Of a stretch of DNA of 32,000 nt, positions 27,151 to 32,000 are shown in pieces. Under the pieces are notes generated by a model. That model did not search any database. It saw only the letters and a list, made by a program, of their open reading frames with translations, and was not told where the DNA came from. This DNA comes from Candidatus Electrothrix yaqonensis (GTDB taxonomy: Bacteria > Desulfobacterota > Desulfobulbia > Desulfobulbales > Desulfobulbaceae), in assembly GCA_047651235.1 (NCBI GenBank), contig CP178758.1:630001-662000 (forward strand), in the 5' to 3' direction. How positions within the stretch are numbered: the stretch's first letter is position 1; each line of letters opens with the position of its first letter. The translations under genes and the position numbers were made by a program.

Positions 27151-27543
27151 ATGTATCTGCTTGATACCAATACGCTGATCTACTTTTTTAAGGGCAAGGG
27201 CAGGGTAGCTGAAAATTTACTTTCCAAGTCACCAAAAGAGATCGCTGTCTCTTCTATTGTATTGTTTGAGCTGGAAGTGGGTATCGCCAAATCGGACAGC
27301 CCTGCAAAAAGGCGGCAGCAGTTGAATGTATTGACGTCGGTTATCACCACAATCCCTTTTACATATAAAGAGGCAAAAACTGCGGCAATTATCCGGGCAG
27401 AACTGGAAAAATCGGGCACTCCCATCGGGCCGTATGATACATTAATCGCAGGCACGGCCTTACGTGCCGATTGCGTTCTCGTAACAAATAACACGAAAGA
27501 ATTCTCGCGGGTTGAAAATCTGCAGCTCGAAGATTGGTTTTGA
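27151..27543 (+). CDS. vapC: PIN-domain toxin VapC with no separate antitoxin ORF upstream
   Basis: MYLLDTNTLIYFFKG…VLFELEVG…PIGPYDTLIAGTAL…LVTNNTKEF is a canonical VapC layout. The ATG lies 3 nt after the stop of the deaminase ORF. Confidence 0.85.
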   Translation: MYLLDTNTLIYFFKGKGRVAENLLSKSPKEIAVSSIVLFELEVGIAKSDSPAKRRQQLNVLTSVITTIPFTYKEAKTAAIIRAELEKSGTPIGPYDTLIAGTALRADCVLVTNNTKEFSRVENLQLEDWF

Positions 27544-27580
27544 CGGAGAATTTCCGTTGCCCATACAAGGAAAGAAAAAA

Positions 27581-28660
27581 ATGCTGAAAAACGAACTTGA
27601 TGTCACCCTGAACAGGACAGAAACCCTGAAGAAAAAGCCGGATCAGAATAAGCTGGGATTCGGTCAGTATTTCACCGATCACATGCTGACCATGCGCTGG
27701 AACAGGGAACAGGGGTGGCATGATGCGGAAATCAGGCCCTACGGCAACTTCAGCCTTGATCCCGCTGCAATGGCCTTGCATTACAGCCAGGAGATCTTTG
27801 AGGGGCTCAAAGCCTACCGAGGGGCTGACGATTCGGTGCTTCTGTTCCGGCCTATGGATAACCTCCATCGCTTCAATGCCTCGGCAGTCCGCATGTGTAT
27901 GCCTCGTATTCCGGCGGACAAGGTGCTGCAGGCTCTAAAAGGATTAATTTACCTTGAGCGGGACTGGATTCCGCAGAATGAAGGTGCAGCCCTGTATATC
28001 CGGCCTGCCATGATTGCCAGCGAAGCGGCTCTGGGCGTCCGGCCGGCCAATGAATATCTGTTTTTCATTATTTGCAGCCCGGTGGGCGCCTATTATGCGG
28101 AAGGCTTCAGTCCGACCAGAATTTATGTTGAAGATCAGTATGTCCGGGCTGTACGGGGCGGGGTGGGCAATGTCAAAACCGGGGGCAATTATGCAGCCTC
28201 CATCAGGGCTCACACCGAATCCCGACAGAAGGGCTACACCCAGGTACTATGGCTGGATGCTGTTGAGCGGAAATACGTTGAAGAAGTGGGCACTTCAAAT
28301 ATCTTTTTTGTCATCAATGATGAACTGATCACCCCGCCGCTGGGCGGCACCATCCTGCCCGGCATCACCCGCGACACTGTACTGCAGCTGGCTGCGGACT
28401 GGAGTCTCAGCACCTGCGAACGCCGCATCACCATTGACGAGGTCATGGCTGCGGCTGCGGACGGCTCGCTGAGCGAAGCCTTCGGCTCAGGTACGGCCGC
28501 AGTGATTTCACCCATCGGCGAACTGGGGTATCAGGGAAACTCTATCATGATCGACAACGGCACAACCGGGCCGCTTGCCCAACGTTTTTTTGATGGCATC
28601 CAGCAGCTGCAGCGCGGCGCAGCCCCGGACCCGCATAACTGGACTGTCCGGGTAAAATAA
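27581..28660 (+). CDS. ilvE: Branched-chain amino acid aminotransferase
   Basis: Class IV aminotransferase motifs (FGQYFTDHM, EIFEGLKAYR, GNVKTGGNYAAS, EVGTSNIFFV, LPGITR). The ATG at 27581 was used rather than the ORF-track TTG at 27512, which overlaps vapC. Confidence 0.9.
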   Translation: MLKNELDVTLNRTETLKKKPDQNKLGFGQYFTDHMLTMRWNREQGWHDAEIRPYGNFSLDPAAMALHYSQEIFEGLKAYRGADDSVLLFRPMDNLHRFNASAVRMCMPRIPADKVLQALKGLIYLERDWIPQNEGAALYIRPAMIASEAALGVRPANEYLFFIICSPVGAYYAEGFSPTRIYVEDQYVRAVRGGVGNVKTGGNYAASIRAHTESRQKGYTQVLWLDAVERKYVEEVGTSNIFFVINDELITPPLGGTILPGITRDTVLQLAADWSLSTCERRITIDEVMAAAADGSLSEAFGSGTAAVISPIGELGYQGNSIMIDNGTTGPLAQRFFDGIQQLQRGAAPDPHNWTVRVK

Positions 28661-28716
28661 TCCTCCTGTTTTCTCTTTTTTCTTGATTTCAGACAATTGA
28701 GATGTGATTTTTTTTT

Positions 28717-28755
28717 CTCTCCCTCCCTTGATTTTTCAAAATCCATCCCTATTGT
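28717..28755 (+). promoter_or_regulatory. Putative sigma32 (RpoH)-type heat-shock promoter of groESL
   Basis: tctctCCCTCCCTTGATT (CTTGATT at 28727-28733), a 13-nt spacer, then CCCTATTG (28747-28754). This resembles the CCCTTGAA-N13-15-CCCCATNT consensus. Confidence 0.35.
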
Positions 28756-28817
28756 TTCTCGCAACCCGATGACGGAACCGGATTGCAACGGTTTCTGTTC
28801 ACGAGAAACAGAGAAAG

Positions 28818-28858
28818 CCGGAACACTGCTATAGAAAAAAAGTTCCGGTTTCTTCTTC
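28818..28858 (+). promoter_or_regulatory. Terminator-like hairpin in the groES leader
   Basis: CCGGAAC (28818-28824) pairs with GTTCCGG (28842-28848) and is followed by TTTCTTCTTC, about 40 nt before the groES ATG. The loop is large (17 nt), so this is tentative. Confidence 0.25.
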
Positions 28859-28898
28859 AAATCATAAAAACAATCTATGTACCAAGGAGGATCAATCC

Positions 28899-29189
28899 AT
28901 GAACATTCGTCCGCTGAATGACCGCGTGCTGGTCAAACGTCTGGAGGAAGAGGACAAAACCGCAGGCGGTATCATCATCCCCGACTCTGCCAAGGAAAAA
29001 CCGGCTGAAGGCGCAGTGATTGCTGTCGGCCCCGGCAAAATGAGTAAGGCGGGAGAGCGTTGTGCTATGGATGTCAAGGCCGGTGACCGGGTTCTGTTTT
29101 CCAAATACGGCGGCACAGATGTCAAACTGGACGGCCAGGATTATCTCATCATGCGCGAGGACGATATCCTCGGTGTTGTGGCCAGCTAA
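28899..29189 (+). CDS. groES: Co-chaperonin GroES
   Basis: [35 protein letters not shown]… is canonical. RBS AAGGAGG is present. Confidence 0.95.
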   Translation: MNIRPLNDRVLVKRLEEEDKTAGGIIIPDSAKEKPAEGAVIAVGPGKMSKAGERCAMDVKAGDRVLFSKYGGTDVKLDGQDYLIMREDDILGVVAS

Positions 29190-29205
29190 TCCGTTGCTGT
29201 CTGTT

Positions 29206-29241
29206 TTCTGACTATTCTGACTATTCTGATTATTCTGATTT
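29206..29241. repeat. 4 x 9-bp tandem repeat in the groES-groEL spacer
   Basis: ttctgacta ttctgacta ttctgatta ttctgattt, followed by ctgattTaacac / ctgattaacac. Confidence 0.8.
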
Positions 29242-29287
29242 AACACCTGATTAACACGCATAAAACCATAGAAGGAGTTTAAGTACG

Positions 29288-30949
29288 ATGTCCAAAGAAC
29301 TGAACTACAGCGCCAAAGCCCGCGAGAAGATGCTTTGCGGCGTAAACAGCCTGGCAAATGCAGTAAAAGTTACCCTCGGTCCCAAAGGCCGCAATGTTCT
29401 GATTGAAAAATCCTTCGGCGCTCCGGTCATCACCAAAGACGGTGTGACTGTTGCCAAAGAGATTGAGCTTAAGGATAAATTCGAGAACATGGGCGCCCAG
29501 ATGGTCAAGGAAGTTGCTTCCAAGACCTCTGATGTTGCCGGTGACGGAACCACTACTGCCACAGTTCTGGCCCAGGCTATTTATCGGGAAGGCGCAAAAA
29601 TGGTTGCTGCCGGTTCCAACCCGATGGAGATCAAGCGCGGTATTGACGCTTCTGTAGCGACTGTTATTGCCGAGCTGTCCAAGATTTCTCAGCCCACCAA
29701 AGAGCAGAGCGAGATTGCTCAGGTCGGCACCATCTCTGCCAACAACGATTCCACTATCGGCAACATCATTGCCGAGGCCATGGACAAGGTGGGCAAGGAA
29801 GGTGTTATCACGGTAGAGGAAGCAAAATCCATGGAGACCTCCCTGGATGTTGTGGAAGGTATGCAGTTTGACCGCGGCTACCTTTCTCCCTACTTTGTCA
29901 CCGATGCCGAGCGCATGGAAGTCAACATGGAAGATCCGCTGATTCTCATCAACGAGAAGAAGATCTCTAATATGAAGGATCTCCTGCCCGTACTTGAGTC
30001 TGTTGCCAAGATGGGCAAGCCGCTGTGCATTATTGCAGAAGATGTTGACGGCGAAGCCTTGGCTACCCTGGTGGTCAATAAGCTGCGCGGCACCTTGAAC
30101 GTTGCTGCTGTCAAGGCTCCGGGCTTCGGCGATCGCCGCAAGGCAATGCTGGAAGACATCGCCATCCTCACCGGTGGTCAGGTCATTACCGAAGATCTGG
30201 GCATCAAACTGGAAAATATCACAGTTAACGACCTCGGAACCGCCAAGCGGATCGTGATCGACAAGGACAACACTACGGTTGTGGACGGTGCCGGTGACAA
30301 GGACAAACTGGCTGCACGGGTTAAGCAGATTCGTACCCAGGCCGAAGACTCCACCTCCGACTATGACCGTGAGAAACTCCAGGAGCGTCTGGCCAAGCTG
30401 ATCGGCGGTGTTGCCGTGATCAATGTCGGTGCTGCCACCGAGGTTGAAATGAAGGAGAAAAAAGCCCGTGTTGAGGATGCCCTGAACGCCACCCGCGCTG
30501 CCGTTGAAGAGGGTGTGGTTCCCGGCGGCGGTGTTGCCTTCCTGCGCTGCATCAAAGCACTTCAGGAGATGAAACTGGTAGGCGAGCAGGATCTCGGCCG
30601 TCAGATCATCATGCGCGCTCTTGAAGAGCCAGTTCGGCAGATCGCCTGTAACTGCGGTCGTGAGGGTTCTGTGGTTGTGGAAAAAGTGAAATCATTGGAA
30701 GGTGCCAACGGTTTCAACGCAGCGACTGAAGAGTACGGTGACCTCATTGCTGCCGGTGTTATTGATCCCACCAAGGTAACCCGCACAGCCCTGCAGAATG
30801 CGGCTTCTGTCTCCGGTATGCTGCTCACTACCGAGTGCATGATCGCTGATGAGCCGGAAAAAGAGGACCGTGCCGGAATGGGTGCCGGAATGGGTGCCGG
30901 CGGAATGGGTGGCATGGGCGGAATGGGTGGCATGGGCGGAATGATGTAA
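29288..30949 (+). CDS. groEL: Chaperonin GroEL
   Basis: Canonical sequence ([15 protein letters not shown]…) with a C-terminal GGM repeat tail. Confidence 0.97.
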   Translation: MSKELNYSAKAREKMLCGVNSLANAVKVTLGPKGRNVLIEKSFGAPVITKDGVTVAKEIELKDKFENMGAQMVKEVASKTSDVAGDGTTTATVLAQAIYREGAKMVAAGSNPMEIKRGIDASVATVIAELSKISQPTKEQSEIAQVGTISANNDSTIGNIIAEAMDKVGKEGVITVEEAKSMETSLDVVEGMQFDRGYLSPYFVTDAERMEVNMEDPLILINEKKISNMKDLLPVLESVAKMGKPLCIIAEDVDGEALATLVVNKLRGTLNVAAVKAPGFGDRRKAMLEDIAILTGGQVITEDLGIKLENITVNDLGTAKRIVIDKDNTTVVDGAGDKDKLAARVKQIRTQAEDSTSDYDREKLQERLAKLIGGVAVINVGAATEVEMKEKKARVEDALNATRAAVEEGVVPGGGVAFLRCIKALQEMKLVGEQDLGRQIIMRALEEPVRQIACNCGREGSVVVEKVKSLEGANGFNAATEEYGDLIAAGVIDPTKVTRTALQNAASVSGMLLTTECMIADEPEKEDRAGMGAGMGAGGMGGMGGMGGMGGMM

Positions 30950-31000
30950 CCTGCTCTGCTCCTGACTGCTTGTCAGACCCGTCACTCCATGACGGAACAG

Positions 31001-31039
31001 GCGGCATTATCCGAAAGGGTGATGCCGCTTTATTTTTTC
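31001..31039 (+). terminator. Rho-independent terminator of groESL
   Basis: A 12-bp stem GCGGCATTATCC/GGGTGATGCCGC (two G-U pairs) with a GAAA tetraloop, followed by TTTATTTTTT. Confidence 0.8.
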
Positions 31040-31060
31040 TGCTGCAGGTATGTTTTTTTC

Positions 31061-31090
31061 TTGACAGAAATACGCAGATAATGCTATATA
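31061..31090 (+). promoter_or_regulatory. Putative sigma70 promoter of the tRNA gene
   Basis: TTGACA (31061-31066), an 18-nt spacer, then TATATA (31085-31090), about 20 nt upstream of the tRNA 5' end. Confidence 0.45.
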
Positions 31091-31111
31091 ATCGCCTCAT
31101 AAAAAAATTAT

Positions 31112-31188
31112 GGCGATGTAGCTCAGCCGGTTAGAGCGCACGGCTCATATCCGTGGTGTCCGGGGTTCAAGTCCCTGCATCGCCACCA
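31112..31188 (+). tRNA. tRNA with CAU anticodon (elongator Met type; lysidine-modified Ile2 not excluded)
   Basis: Cloverleaf: acceptor GGCGATG/CATCGCC, D arm GCTC…GAGC, anticodon arm CACGG-CTCATAT-CCGTG, T arm CGGGG-TTCAAGT-CCCTG, with encoded CCA. It lacks the initiator features (C1:A72 mismatch, three consecutive G-C pairs). Confidence 0.9.
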
Positions 31189-31223
31189 TAAAGCAATCCG
31201 GTACAGTCCGGTTAAGTATATAG

Positions 31224-31262
31224 CCCCGATTCCTGACAAGGAATTCGGGGTTCTTTGTTTTC
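31224..31262 (+). terminator. Rho-independent terminator after the tRNA
   Basis: CCCCGATTCC pairs with GGAATTCGGGG (10 bp, one bulge), with loop TGACAA, followed by TTCTTTGTTTT. Confidence 0.6.
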
Positions 31263-31431
31263 TGCCTGTAAGAAGCTGTCCGGGGCTGTGTTTCCGGCAG
31301 GGGCTTTGCACCGCGCTGCGGTCAGGCCAGGAAAAGTTGCACGACGTTATGTGTGGCAAATATCTTGATCCAGAAAGGACAAATTTTATGCAACGAGCTG
31401 AACTCCACTTTATCGGCACCGTGCACAGCGA

Positions 31432-31538
31432 TATAGCTGGAGCAACATAATTTGAATATGCCCACAAGAGGCATAAGTTTTGCCATCACGCCTTTCAGAT
31501 AGCTGATCCTGTATTCAGTTTATACTGCTCCAGCTATA
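31432..31538. mobile_element. IS630/Tc1-type miniature element (inverted-repeat pair, no ORF)
   Basis: The left IR tatagctggagcaacataatttga (31432-31455) is the inverse of tcagtttatactgctccagctata (31515-31538). TA dinucleotides sit at both ends, consistent with IS630-family TA target duplication. Confidence 0.55.
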
Positions 31539-31540
31539 TC

Positions 31541-31720
31541 CGGGAGGCTGTAACATCTTCCGGGCATCTGATCGAGTACCTGCCTGTTTACTCTCCCGAC
31601 CTGAATCCCATCGAACATAAATGGGCGCAGGCCAAAGCTCTCAGGAGAAAACATCGCTGTTCCGTTGATGAGCTTTTTCAGCGGTACAAATTATAGTCAG
31701 TTTATATTGCTCCAGCTATA
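31541..31720 (+). pseudogene. IS630-family transposase C-terminal remnant plus right inverted repeat
   Basis: The translation …LIEYLPVYSPDLNPIEHKWAQAKALRRKHRCSVDELFQRYKL* (stop at 31694-31696) is the DDE_3 C-terminus containing the catalytic E region. It is followed by IR tcagtttatattgctccagctata (31697-31720). No N-terminal part is present. Confidence 0.65.
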
Positions 31721-31964
31721 ATTACCAATTACCCGGAAGGAGCCGGTCTCTGTTCCTGGCCCGCGAACGGATAAAATGTCAACCGAGCCGAAGCTGTCGC
31801 CAGCATGGAGTCAGGAGAAAGAGCCAATGGAGAAAATTGACCCGCAGGGGTTGACAGCTGTCCGAATGTACAATAACCTCGAAATGATATCAGATAGGAT
31901 TGTCGCACCCTGCGCAGTCCTGATTATTCATTCCGGCCATCCTGCACCAGGATAAGGAGTCTGT

Positions 31965-32000
31965 ATGACTGCAGCAAAACAAGGAGACAGCGTCAAAGTC
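31965..32000 (+). CDS. 5' end of an ORF running off the window (MTAAKQGDSVKV…; possibly an FKBP-type PPIase)
   Basis: ATG at 31965 is preceded by the RBS AAGGAG. Only 12 codons are visible, and the functional guess rests on an SlyD/FKBP-like N-terminal pattern only. Confidence 0.25.
   Translation, partial: MTAAKQGDSVKV

Noticed and set aside
28660-28898. A CIRCE/HrcA operator was expected upstream of groES.
   Set aside because: No TTAGCACTC-N9-GAGTGCTAA-like inverted repeat is present in the leader.
28875-29357. A 160-aa minus-strand ORF across groES and the spacer (contains NQNNQNSQNSQ).
   Set aside because: It is antisense to canonical groES. The Q/N run is just the 9-bp spacer repeat read on the opposite strand.
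30880-30949. A GGM-encoding tandem repeat at the 3' end of groEL.
   Set aside because: This is the normal GroEL C-terminal Gly-Gly-Met tail, not an anomaly.
31123-31467. A 114-aa minus-strand ORF overlapping the tRNA gene.
   Set aside because: It covers a well-folded tRNA, its terminator and an IS inverted repeat, so it is spurious.

Overview
This is a chromosomal window from a moderately GC-rich Gram-negative bacterium. The gene content is KatG, LpxD, TamB, a LolA-like/beta-barrel pair, IlvE, GroES/GroEL and an AmmeMemoRadiSam-type radical SAM enzyme. The protein flavour suggests a Desulfobacterota-like organism, but this is unverified. Housekeeping genes are interleaved with accessory material. 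(1) At 1-1.7 kb, a decayed IS701-family element carries a nested miniature element and sits next to an AT-rich HEPN-like ORF. (2) At 8.0-9.3 kb, a DUF4160/DUF2442 pair sits next to a very AT-rich polybasic membrane ORF. (3) A 102-bp MITE splits a TM2-domain gene. (4) At 15.3-20.8 kb, the centre of the window holds an HU-like/DUF4469-like gene preceded by four phased 23-bp palindrome-containing repeats. It is followed by two tandem TPR paralogs, with a 339-nt stretch identical by eye, that bracket a Phd/VapC module; one paralog has a separate upstream single-TM ORF. (5) At 25.3-27.5 kb, an AT-rich island encodes a P-loop/cytidine-deaminase fusion of the anti-phage dCTP-deaminase type. Its 3' end looks like a captured antitoxin tail and directly abuts an otherwise antitoxin-less PIN/VapC gene. 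(6) IS630-type debris lies next to a tRNA(CAU). There is no CRISPR array and no rRNA. All calls come from reading the sequence and ORF translations by eye; no searches were run.
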